A DNA stretch of 32,000 nucleotides, taken from the NCBI RefSeq assembly GCF_000014265.1, contig NC_008312.1, positions 810,001-842,000 of the forward strand, in the 5' to 3' direction. A program made the position numbers and the translations under genes. The stretch is from Trichodesmium erythraeum IMS101 (lineage in GTDB: Bacteria > Cyanobacteriota > Cyanobacteriia > Cyanobacteriales > Microcoleaceae). Below are positions 1-8,919 of this stretch, one piece after another. The first letter of the stretch is position 1, and each line of letters begins with the position of its first letter. The notes under the pieces were generated by a model. The model saw nothing but the letters and a program-made list of their open reading frames with translations. It did no database searches and was not told the origin of the DNA.

Positions 1-30
1 GTATTTATCCATAAACTAGGATGAGTATAT

Positions 31-729
31 ATGTCAAAAATTGCTTATAAAATTGAACATTCTCCAGCTTATGCTTCATTAATTATTGATTTGCACTCGC
101 AGCAAAAAGTATTAGTAGAAGCCTCAGCTATGGCTGCCATGGATACCTCAATAAAAATGAAATCTAAAATCAAAGGTGGCTTAATGAAAGGAGTCGGTAG
201 GATGTTGGGGGGTGAATCCTTATTTATTAATGAATTTAGCACTCAAAACCAGTCAGGAAGATTGTATATTTCCCCTGGTGTTCCTGGAGATATTCAACAT
301 TATTATATCGAGAATGGTTGTGGTTTATTCGTTCAATCATCAGGATTTGTTGCCTGTAGTGAGACCGTAGAAGTAGATACTCAATTTCAAGGATTTAAAG
401 GCTTTTTTAGTGGAGAATCTTTGTTTTTATTAAGAGCTACTGGAAGGGGGGATTTTTGGTTTAGTTCCTATGGAGGTATTTTAGAAATTCCTGTGGAAGA
501 AAGTTATGTGGTAGATACTGGTTATATTGTGGCTTTTGAAGATACCCTAAATTATAATGTTGAAATGATTGGAGGTTTATCATTTAAAGGTTTAAAAACA
601 GGAATTTTAGGGGGTGAAGGATTAGTTTGTAGGTTTAGTGGCCAAGGCAGTTTATGGATTCAAAGCCGCGGGATTTATCCTCTATTAAATTTTTTAAATC
701 CTTTCCGTCCTACCAAGGGTAGTGATTGA
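31..729 (+). CDS. AIM24/DUF124 (TIGR00266-like) family protein
   Basis: 232-aa ORF. The blocks VLVEASAMAAMD, GGESLFINEF and GEGLVCRFSGQGSLWIQS match my recollection of the AIM24/DUF124 family. It lies 30 nt upstream of the next same-strand ORF, so the two are a likely operon. Confidence 0.7.
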   Translation: MSKIAYKIEHSPAYASLIIDLHSQQKVLVEASAMAAMDTSIKMKSKIKGGLMKGVGRMLGGESLFINEFSTQNQSGRLYISPGVPGDIQHYYIENGCGLFVQSSGFVACSETVEVDTQFQGFKGFFSGESLFLLRATGRGDFWFSSYGGILEIPVEESYVVDTGYIVAFEDTLNYNVEMIGGLSFKGLKTGILGGEGLVCRFSGQGSLWIQSRGIYPLLNFLNPFRPTKGSD

Positions 730-759
730 GGTTTTTCGGATTAATTATTAATTAAACTT

Positions 760-1599
760 ATGAGCAATCGCAATCCTTCACCAACTAATCGTCAACTTTT
801 AATTATATTAGGAATTTGGACGGGGATTATTGTCATAATGATTAGCTTAATGATTAGCTTTGTATCCCTGTTAGCTGATTGGGCAATTACTCATATTCCT
901 ATTAGTTGGGAACAAAAATTAGGAGAATTAATAGTCCCGGTTTATGAACAAAAAGCTAAAGATTCTCCTCAACAAGAAATCTTAAATAATCTCTTAGATC
1001 GTTTAGAGTCTCAACTCAATAATAAATTACTAAAAAATAGAGATTATCGAGTTATCTATATTCCCGAAAAAAATGTTAACGCTTTTGCTATTCCTGGGGA
1101 TGTTATTGGTATTTTTGAAGGGCTAGTAAAAGAGGTTAAATCAGAAAATGAATTGATGATGATTTTAGGTCATGAATTAGGACATTTTGCTAATAGAGAT
1201 CATCTTCGGAATTTAGGGAAAACTTTAGCTATTCGAGTTGCGATCGCTAGTCTTTTTGGAGATAATGCGACTTTAGCTAATAGTGTTGGAGTTGTTATTG
1301 AAACTATTAGTAATGCTCGCTATTCTCAGGAACAAGAATATCAAGCAGATGAATTCGGATTAATATTATTAAATAAAACCTATGGTCATGTAACAGGGGC
1401 AACGGATTTTTTTAAGAACTTTAAAGAGAAAGAAAACCTAGGCTGGGACTTTTTTTCTAGTCATCCTGCCGGAAACAAGCGTGTCAAAAGACTAGAAAAA
1501 TTAATTAAACAAAAACAATATAAATTAGGTGAATATTCTGATTTAGAGTTAAATTTACAGTTTAGTGATCAGGAGTTTCGGAAATATAAGCAGAGATAA
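760..1599 (+). CDS. M48-family Zn metallopeptidase (Ste24/HtpX-like), membrane anchored
   Basis: 279-aa ORF with an N-terminal hydrophobic helix (LLIILGIWTGIIVIMISLMISFVSLL). It carries an HExxH zinc motif in ILGHELGHFANRDH and a downstream EYQADEFG glutamate ligand block typical of M48. Confidence 0.8.
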   Translation: MSNRNPSPTNRQLLIILGIWTGIIVIMISLMISFVSLLADWAITHIPISWEQKLGELIVPVYEQKAKDSPQQEILNNLLDRLESQLNNKLLKNRDYRVIYIPEKNVNAFAIPGDVIGIFEGLVKEVKSENELMMILGHELGHFANRDHLRNLGKTLAIRVAIASLFGDNATLANSVGVVIETISNARYSQEQEYQADEFGLILLNKTYGHVTGATDFFKNFKEKENLGWDFFSSHPAGNKRVKRLEKLIKQKQYKLGEYSDLELNLQFSDQEFRKYKQR

Positions 1600-2022
1600 T
1601 TTTTGATTTTTCGTGATTGTTGATTAATTTAGATGACAGTTTCTAAATATTTATGGCAAATGATTTACAGGGTAAATGGTAAAAATTATATATTCCAGGA
1701 ATTTTACTCCCAACTTATTAATGTACCTCGCCAGTAACGGGAAATGCTGTATCTTTTTTTGTTAAAAAGAGGTATTTTTTCGAGTCTGTTTTATCGTTTT
1801 TATTAAAAGTACCGGGAGCAATAACAATTATTTGAGTTTCAGGGGAATTATCTCAAGACGATCAAAATCTCTAGAACTTTTGATTGTTAAGAATTTATGT
1901 TTTTTTGAGGTTAAAGTCTGTTTATGTGATCTCGAAAGTTTATTTTATACTTCTTTTTTGTATCAGTTTCAATCGAATTTAAATTTATTTTTATGACTTT
2001 AGTTAAAAAGCAATCTTAAATA

Positions 2023-2805
2023 ATGACTCCAATAAATCTGTTGATTTTAAGTATAGGTGGTCTAGGTTCGGGTATTCTAGCTGGAATTTTAGGAATTGGC
2101 GGTGGTACAGTTATGGTACCCCTATTAGTAGCATTGGGATATCAACCTATACAAGCGGTTGCAACTAGCGTTTTAGCTATTACAGTTACAGCAACTTCTG
2201 GTACCCTACAAAATTGGCGTATGGGTTACATTAAGCCTCAAAGAGTTCTTTTGTTATCCTTACCAGCATTATTGGCTACTCAAGGTGGGGTTTATTTAGC
2301 GGAAAAATTTTCCCCCACTCTATTGTTGTTAGGTTTCAGTTTACTAATGTTGGTTAGTATTTATCTATTAGAGTTACGCAAACGTGTTATTGCTCAATAC
2401 AAGAATGCTGGAAAAAACGGTGAAAAACAGCAATGGATAAATCCTGCTATTGCTAGAATTATTACAGGAGGAACAGTAGGGTTATTAGCTGGTTTGTTCG
2501 GCGTTGGTGGTGGGGTAATTATGGTACCTTTGCAAATTATTTTACTCGACGAACCTATTAAAGTTGCTGTTCAAACAAGTTTAGGTGTAATTGTTATTAC
2601 TTCTATCTCTGCTTCTTTAGGTCATTACTTTAATGGTAATGTTGTTTTTATTGGAGGTCTGTTTTTGGGTTTTGGGGGTTTGATCGGTGCTCAAATTGGT
2701 ACTCGTTTTCTACCAAAATTATCTGATTCAGTTGTGAGTTTTGCTTTTAAGAGTTTGTTGATAATTTTAGCTGTTTACACTTTTTGGAAAGCTTGGCAAA
2801 TATAG
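2023..2805 (+). CDS. TauE/SafE (DUF81) family anion exporter membrane protein
   Basis: 260-aa polytopic membrane ORF. The glycine-rich motif is duplicated internally (GILGIGGGTVMVPLL and GLFGVGGGVIMVPL), which is characteristic of the DUF81/TauE family. Confidence 0.8.
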   Translation: MTPINLLILSIGGLGSGILAGILGIGGGTVMVPLLVALGYQPIQAVATSVLAITVTATSGTLQNWRMGYIKPQRVLLLSLPALLATQGGVYLAEKFSPTLLLLGFSLLMLVSIYLLELRKRVIAQYKNAGKNGEKQQWINPAIARIITGGTVGLLAGLFGVGGGVIMVPLQIILLDEPIKVAVQTSLGVIVITSISASLGHYFNGNVVFIGGLFLGFGGLIGAQIGTRFLPKLSDSVVSFAFKSLLIILAVYTFWKAWQI

Positions 2806-2931
2806 GAACTGCTAAGGTGGGTACATTAATAACTTTCCATGCAACGTTTGTAAAAAATTTAGAAAAATTCACACGCTTCATGGTTAATAATTATCAAAAA
2901 GGTTATTACACCTGTGTTAGTTTAGCGATCG

Positions 2932-4077
2932 CTACACCTTACTTAAAACTAAAGCGGCATTTTGACCCCCAAACCCAAAACTCAAACATAAAACATTTTT
3001 CACCTGAGACTGACGAGCATACCTAACCAAGTCTAGGTCAAATTCTGGTGAATTCAAACCAACACAGGGAGGTAAAACCTGATGTTTGACCGCCATCAAA
3101 CAAAATGCAGCACCTAATGCTCCAGATGCTCCCAAAGTATGACCAGTCGCCCCCTTTGTCGAACTAACTGCTACTTTGTGAGGAAAAATTTGCTGAATTA
3201 AATTAGCTTCATGGCGATCATTTAATTTAGTTGCCGTTCCATGAGCATGAACATAGTCAATTTCTTCAGGAGCTAAACCACTTCTTGCTAAAGATCGAGC
3301 GATCGCTAACATTGCACTTTTACCACTCAAATCAGGAATTACACTATGAATTCCATCATTTGTCAAGCCAAAACTGCGAATTTGACCATAAACTTTAGCA
3401 CTTCTTTTCTTAGCAAAATTAGCAGACTCTAGTAGCAAAATAGCTGCTCCTTCCCCCAAAACAAATCCTTCTCGAGCTCGGTCAAAAGGATAGGCACCTA
3501 TTTGAGCTAAGGCTCCCATTTTTCTAAATCCTGCTATAGTAAGAGGTGTAATAGGAGATTCAACAGCACCCGCTATAACCTGTTGACATTGGCCAGTCTG
3601 AATTAATTCAAAACCACGAGCGATCGCTAATATTCCTGTAGCACAGGCTGCCATTGGAGACAAAACAGTGCCCTTTGTACCTATCTGACTCGCAGTTAAA
3701 ATAGCAGGCTGATGAGGCCAAAAATTAATAAATGATCCATAATCTTTTTGACTATGATCCTGACCATCATCAACAAACTGCTTTTTGGCTAAATTTTCTA
3801 GCATTCTTTGATAGGCACGGCTCGAACCAATAACGACACCACATTCAGGTAATGGAAGCTTCAGACCGGAAGACTTGACAGCAGTTTCCACAGTTTGCTT
3901 AATTAAGTTAGTTAAATCTACAGGCTGAGAATTAATTAAACCCAAAGGTAGGGGAGGTAATTCTGCAAAAGGTTTAACTAACCGAATAGCAGACTTACCA
4001 TCAAGTAGTTTTTCCCAACTTTGAAAGAGGTTTCCCAAACTAGAAGTTAGCCCAATACCCGTAACTAAAACTTTCAT
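2932..4077 (-). CDS. beta-ketoacyl-ACP synthase (KAS I/II family, short FabF-like paralogue)
   Basis: 381-aa ORF with the catalytic Cys in SPMAACATG, His in HAHGTATKLND and His in KGATGHTLGASG. The C-terminal SFGFGGQNAALV is typical of condensing enzymes. Confidence 0.85.
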   Translation of the reverse strand: MKVLVTGIGLTSSLGNLFQSWEKLLDGKSAIRLVKPFAELPPLPLGLINSQPVDLTNLIKQTVETAVKSSGLKLPLPECGVVIGSSRAYQRMLENLAKKQFVDDGQDHSQKDYGSFINFWPHQPAILTASQIGTKGTVLSPMAACATGILAIARGFELIQTGQCQQVIAGAVESPITPLTIAGFRKMGALAQIGAYPFDRAREGFVLGEGAAILLLESANFAKKRSAKVYGQIRSFGLTNDGIHSVIPDLSGKSAMLAIARSLARSGLAPEEIDYVHAHGTATKLNDRHEANLIQQIFPHKVAVSSTKGATGHTLGASGALGAAFCLMAVKHQVLPPCVGLNSPEFDLDLVRYARQSQVKNVLCLSFGFGGQNAALVLSKV

Positions 4078-4084
4078 AGTTAAG

Positions 4085-4852
4085 CTATGATTGGTTACGA
4101 TTAGTTTTTATGGTTAAATTTTCAATACCCTCAACTACTTTTGCTGACTCAATACGATCACCAGCTTGAATTTGATCAACAACTTCTTTCATCCCTTGTG
4201 TCACATTACCAAATACTGCATAGCTACCATCAAGGAAAGGAAGGTCAGTTAAAGCAAAATAAAATTGGGAAGAAGCAGAGTCAGGAGGCTGAGAGCGAGC
4301 CATGGCCACAGCACCCCTTTTATGATATAAAATAGGCTGCTGTTGAATACCAGCTACTTCAAAGGTTTTGCTGTAAACTGGTTCTTTAGCTTCTGTGGGT
4401 TTAATTTCTAGAGGGATATAACGCTCCCTTGAAGTTTTTGGATCGATAAAACCTCCTGTACCTAAATTATTTAGGGGAACATTGAGGTCTTTACTTTGAG
4501 GATCCCCACCCTGAACCACAAAAGGTTGAGGTTCACGCACTACCCGATGAAATGCTAACCCATCATAAACCCCTTGTTGAACTAGGTCCACAAAATTACC
4601 TGCTGTAATAGGTGCGTTATCACCATCTACTTCTATTGTTATAACAGAGGAATTAACAATCATTTCCACTTTTGCCTTACCGTTGAGTTTAGGTAAATAA
4701 TTATATTTAGTGGCGAGTTGTGTTTGACTTGATGAATTTGAGGTGGAAACTTCGGCATTAGAAACTGAAGTACCACTACATCCTGTTACTAATAAAGTTA
4801 CAATTAGGAACAGTGGCAATAACCACTGACTAATTTTTCTTTGCATTTTCAC
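4085..4852 (-). CDS. cyclophilin-type peptidyl-prolyl cis-trans isomerase, predicted lipoprotein
   Basis: 255-aa ORF with a signal peptide and lipobox (LLVTGCSG). The cyclophilin blocks are [29 protein letters not shown] and SQFYFAL. It lies 7 nt upstream of the KAS gene on the same strand. Confidence 0.85.
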   Translation of the reverse strand: MKMQRKISQWLLPLFLIVTLLVTGCSGTSVSNAEVSTSNSSSQTQLATKYNYLPKLNGKAKVEMIVNSSVITIEVDGDNAPITAGNFVDLVQQGVYDGLAFHRVVREPQPFVVQGGDPQSKDLNVPLNNLGTGGFIDPKTSRERYIPLEIKPTEAKEPVYSKTFEVAGIQQQPILYHKRGAVAMARSQPPDSASSQFYFALTDLPFLDGSYAVFGNVTQGMKEVVDQIQAGDRIESAKVVEGIENLTIKTNRNQS

Positions 4853-5035
4853 TAAAAATTTAATCTTAATTGTTTTGAGACCTACCTACTAGCTGGTCGA
4901 ATATTGTGAGTTAAAAACTATTACCGTTTTACTAAACTTAGGTTTGAGTTCAAGCCGGAAGCCGGAGAAATTAATTAAGGTTAAGATATTTCCCAGGCAC
5001 AAACTACAAATTTCCGGTCTTATCTAATTTATGTT

Positions 5036-5214
5036 CCTTAGCTAAACTTGCATAAGTAGGAATTACATAAGCTTTGGAGCTAGTTTCGGTGTTTCACGCA
5101 GATACCACTGACTGCAGTCTGTAAGTTATCTTCGCTCTTGAGGCAACAAAATTGTAAGGAAGCTTAAGCTACTTATTCATATAGTTCTCTTTCATTACTC
5201 ATACTTCTAGATTA
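5036..5214 (-). repeat. dispersed ~180-nt repeat, copy A (inverted relative to copy B at 8749-8919)
   Basis: The reverse complement aligns by eye with 8749-8919. Conserved blocks are GTATGAGTAATGA, AGACTGC(A/G)GTCAGTGGTAT, GAA(A)CACCG, CTAGCTC, TTATGTAATTC and AAGTTTAG. The stretches between blocks have diverged, giving roughly 70% identity overall. Confidence 0.7.
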
Positions 5215-5306
5215 TCCATATATCTGTATAAGTTTAGGTAACTATAGTGAATTTTTATTGAACTGTCAAGTCCTCTCTCATAACATCTTTCTATCTCCCT
5301 ATCTCC

Positions 5307-5870
5307 CTATAACCCCTCCAAAGGAACTTGCAGAAACTTTGCAAGTTGAGCAGCTTCATTCTCTAATTTTGATAAGGCCAATGGCTGACCTACACGGGTA
5401 AGGGGTATTTGCCGACGATCTTTGAGGCAGAGATATATAGCTCTACGAGGATTAAGGCCTTCCTTAATATCTACTTTAATAGATTGGACATTTTCAGTAG
5501 TACAATTAAATTCTACTTTACGGTTCTTACCAGGAAATCCCCGGCGAAAAATCATAATCTGGCCACTCTCTTGGTTAAAGTCATTGTAACCACCGCCAAG
5601 ATCCCAAATCACTGTTAACCACAAAAATATTCCATATATAGTACCAAGCAGGCCATAAAAACTCATAGCTATTCCCTGGGGTAAGAAGTTGAGTTGGGTA
5701 GGGTCGGCAACAATTAATAAGTTAACTTTTAAATAGCTTGAGATTCCTGATAAAAGAAAGCCGATACCTCCCATGGTCACAATTATGGCCCATAAGTAAT
5801 TGCTAAGACGACGAGAACCAATAATTTCTTGATGTACTAAGCGATCGCCAGTCGAAGTTTGAGTAGTCAT
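5307..5870 (-). CDS. ycf4: photosystem I assembly protein Ycf4
   Basis: 187-aa ORF. The N-terminal RRLSNYLWAIIVTMGGIGFLLSGISSYL, two transmembrane helices and the soluble C-terminal domain match Ycf4. Confidence 0.9.
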   Translation of the reverse strand: MTTQTSTGDRLVHQEIIGSRRLSNYLWAIIVTMGGIGFLLSGISSYLKVNLLIVADPTQLNFLPQGIAMSFYGLLGTIYGIFLWLTVIWDLGGGYNDFNQESGQIMIFRRGFPGKNRKVEFNCTTENVQSIKVDIKEGLNPRRAIYLCLKDRRQIPLTRVGQPLALSKLENEAAQLAKFLQVPLEGL

Positions 5871-6444
5871 AAACCTTCCATAATATTTTTCTCAAGTTTA
5901 ATTTTTTTTAGCTAGAGTGTCGATTAATCTTATGCCATAATCACTCAGCAGTACTAGAGATGAATTAACACTTTAATAGTGTTTGATACCTTGGGTGAGA
6001 AGAATGTTAAAAATAATAAATTTGATTAAAAGACTTTACAGGAGATGTCCCTTTAATCAAAAAAATAATTTCCAACCGAAAAAATAGTAACGATTATTGC
6101 CAAATTTATTAAATATATATATACTTATGTTAAATTGCTTTACAAAGCAAACTATGGCCTCTGGTCATTCAAAGTTTAAAAAGTTGATTCACTTTGATTA
6201 GCTTCTGTCTAAGTTCAGATTGAAATTACCCATTTATTTAAAATAGGTATTTACAAAAAATTTGTAATTGATTCATTAAATCTCTGTGCTTTAAGGCCAG
6301 AGAGAACATCAAGGGCAGACAAAGCTCCAGAGTTAGAAACATTTTATACCAAAAATAATTTGCTGAGAGAGGACATCCAAACTGTGATAAATCCTTAACA
6401 TCAGCTAGATAAAAATTTAGTATTCCTATGGGAGGTTATACTGC

Positions 6445-7824
6445 GTGGTAACGCTGTCTAATTCTATAATAGGGGGTCGTGACCAACAATCCACCGGTTT
6501 TGCTTGGTGGTCTGGAAACGCCCGTCTAATCAATCTATCTGGTAAACTGCTTGGTGCTCACGTAGCCCACGCAGGTTTAATTGTATTTTGGGCCGGAGCA
6601 ATGACTTTGTTTGAAGTTGCTCACTTTGTCCCAGAAAAGCCAATGTATGAACAAGGCTTAATTCTAATGCCCCACGTTGCCACTATAGGCTGGGGTGTTG
6701 GTCCTGGTGGTGAAATAGTTGACATTTTTCCATTCTTTGTAGTAGGCGTTTTACACCTAATTTCATCTGCTGTTCTGGGTTTGGGCGGAATTTATCATGC
6801 CGTTCGTGGCCCAGAAACTTTGGAAGACTATTCTTCTTTCTTTGGATATGACTGGAAAGATAAGAACCAGATGACTAATATTATTGGCTACCACTTAATT
6901 ATATTAGGTTTGGGCGCATTCTTATTAGTAATCAAAGCTGTGTTCTTGGGTGGTGTCTATGATACTTGGGCACCAGGTGGCGGTGATGTACGAGTAATTA
7001 CTAACCCTACTTTGAATCCTGCTGTTATATTTGGTTATCTACTTAAAGCGCCTTTTGGTGGTGAAGGCTGGATCATTGGCGTTAATAACATGGAAGATAT
7101 TATCGGTGGTCATATCTGGATTGGCCTAATTTGTATCTCCGGTGGTATTTGGCATATTCTAACTAAGCCTTTTGGTTGGGCACGTCGCGCTTTCATCTGG
7201 TCTGGAGAAGCTTATCTATCCTACAGTTTGGGCGCCCTGTCTTTGATGGGTTTAATTGCTGCCGCTTTCGTATGGTTTAACAACACTGCTTATCCTAGCG
7301 AATTCTATGGTCCTACTAATGCTGAAGCTTCTCAAGCTCAGTCTTTTGTGTTCTTAGTCCGTGACCAAAAATTAGGTGCTAATATTGGTTCTGCTCAAGG
7401 TCCTACTGGTCTTGGTAAGTACCTAATGCGCTCTCCCACTGGTGAGATCATATTCGGTGGTGAAACAATGCGTTTTTGGGACTTTCGTGGTCCTTGGTTA
7501 GAGCCTCTTCGTGGTCCTAACGGTTTAGACTTGAGTAAACTGAAGAACGATATTCAGCCTTGGCAAGTTCGTCGTGCTGCTGAGTACATGACTCATGCTC
7601 CTAATGGTTCTATCAACTCTGTAGGTGGTATTATTACAGATATTAACGGTTTCAATTATGTAAACCCTCGTGCTTGGTTAGCTGCCGCTCACTTTATTCT
7701 TGGTTTCTTCTTCTTAATTGGTCACTTGTGGCATGCTGGTCGCGCTCGTGCTGCTGAGGGTGGTTTTGAGAAGGGTCTGGACCGTCAAACTGAGCCAGTA
7801 CTATCTATGCCTAACCTTGACTAA
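6445..7824 (+). CDS. psbC: photosystem II CP43 reaction-centre antenna protein
   Basis: 459-aa ORF that is near-collinear with cyanobacterial CP43 as I recall it ([39 protein letters not shown] ... [25 protein letters not shown] ... [12 protein letters not shown]). The full-length large lumenal loop means it is not IsiA. The start is GTG at 6445, with GGAGG at 6431-6435. Confidence 0.95.
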   Translation: MVTLSNSIIGGRDQQSTGFAWWSGNARLINLSGKLLGAHVAHAGLIVFWAGAMTLFEVAHFVPEKPMYEQGLILMPHVATIGWGVGPGGEIVDIFPFFVVGVLHLISSAVLGLGGIYHAVRGPETLEDYSSFFGYDWKDKNQMTNIIGYHLIILGLGAFLLVIKAVFLGGVYDTWAPGGGDVRVITNPTLNPAVIFGYLLKAPFGGEGWIIGVNNMEDIIGGHIWIGLICISGGIWHILTKPFGWARRAFIWSGEAYLSYSLGALSLMGLIAAAFVWFNNTAYPSEFYGPTNAEASQAQSFVFLVRDQKLGANIGSAQGPTGLGKYLMRSPTGEIIFGGETMRFWDFRGPWLEPLRGPNGLDLSKLKNDIQPWQVRRAAEYMTHAPNGSINSVGGIITDINGFNYVNPRAWLAAAHFILGFFFLIGHLWHAGRARAAEGGFEKGLDRQTEPVLSMPNLD

Positions 7825-7872
7825 TATCTAGTCATTGTATGTAGCTCGTTTATTGCTAGAATTCTTAAAAAG

Positions 7873-7899
7873 CCTCACCAAAATTTAGGAGAGGTTTTT
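7873..7899 (+). terminator. candidate intrinsic terminator of psbC
   Basis: The stem pairs CCTCACC (7873-7879) with GGAGAGG (7888-7894) with one mismatch. The loop is 8 nt and is followed by TTTTT (7895-7899). It lies 49 nt after the psbC stop. Confidence 0.45.
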
Positions 7900-8748
7900 A
7901 TCTAAATGTTGGCAGGAGACCCGCGCTCTCTCGTAGGGGAGCGTCGGGATGAATGCCAATAATTTTATGGTTTTACAAATAATTTGTTGAGAATGTAAAT
8001 GTCGAAAAGTAGGCAGTAGATGGTTGAAAAAGTGTACAAATTTAATTTTACCCAACTCCTCAGAACTGTTAGTATGCTGAGGATAATCTTGGGATGTGTA
8101 CACGCAAGTCTACAATAAGGCCTTAGCTACCAGGACAGAACTTAAGCTTGGTATGAACACCAAAAACAAGTGAGCTACAAAAAAACCTCAGCTATGCTGA
8201 ATAACTGAAAAAAACAGGAATATTTAGATTTTCAACAGTGAAGTAAGTAGTCTACCACTCCAGCAAGGCTTAAGAAACTTACAAGCTGCTTTCACAAACT
8301 TTTTTAGGGGACGGCTGAATATCCTAACTTCTGACTCTTAATGAGTAAAGTTAGCAACTCCTGTTTGTAATTATGCTACTCATATTGATGATGTGCCTAG
8401 TTTAAAATTAATGGTAGAAAAAATTCCTCACCGCCATGTACAAACTCATGTACAACCAGAATAATATCCGATGCTGTGAGAATTTATGCCGGAAGCTATG
8501 CAGGATGTTTGGGGAGAGCTTGCAGACTCAGAAGTTATAGCTGCTTGGGCTGCAAGCTGATCATATATTGGCGGAAATTTATTATTTATTGACCGGGAAA
8601 ATCAAATATATGAGAAGGAAGGTGTCTTCTAACTTAATTTTTATGAGTCAAAAAAAAAGGCTATTAACTATTAGCTATAATTAAATAATAACCAACTTTT
8701 TGTTTTATGGAACTAAATATGAAAGTGCTATATAGTAATATCATAATA

Positions 8749-8919
8749 GTATGAGTAATGAGTGAAAACTATGTAATAGCTTCATCTTCTTGAGGGTAAA
8801 ATGCCTGGGTTGCAGATCAGTTAGAGACTGCGGTCAGTGGTATAAGCTTCGAACACCGCAGCTAGCTCTAAGGTTATGAAATCATGCTTATGTAATTCTG
8901 AGTAAGTTTAGTAGGAAGG
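8749..8919 (+). repeat. dispersed ~180-nt repeat, copy B (abuts the start codon of the FMO gene)
   Basis: See copy A at 5036-5214. The 3' end of this copy (AAGTTTAGTAGGAAGG) supplies the purine-rich stretch immediately before the ATG at 8920. Confidence 0.7.

Noticed and set aside
2784-3026. Short shadow ORFs overlapping or antisense to confidently called genes: 2784-3026, 4141-4335, 5409-5618, 10759-10965, 11524-11715, 16283-16501, 16824-17048, 18506-18709, 19660-19887, 19945-20286, 20201-20383 and 28330-28626.
   Set aside because: Each is nested in or antisense to a longer ORF with clear homology or better coding features. None has a recognisable motif or a ribosome-binding site.
5871-6444. 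Looked for psbD or a psbD remnant upstream of psbC. Also noted the palindromes TTGCTTT-AC-AAAGCAA (about 6135-6150) and TTACAAA-AAA-TTTGTAA (about 6250-6270).
   Set aside because: There is no psbD-like coding potential in any frame. Seven-bp AT-rich palindromes are expected by chance in a 575-bp AT-rich spacer and match no operator consensus I know, for example no NtcA GTAN8TAC.
7885-8103. A 72-aa ORF on the minus strand downstream of psbC.
   Set aside because: It has no SD and no recognisable family. It overlaps the psbC terminator and the GC-rich hairpin, and its composition is typical of random ORFs.
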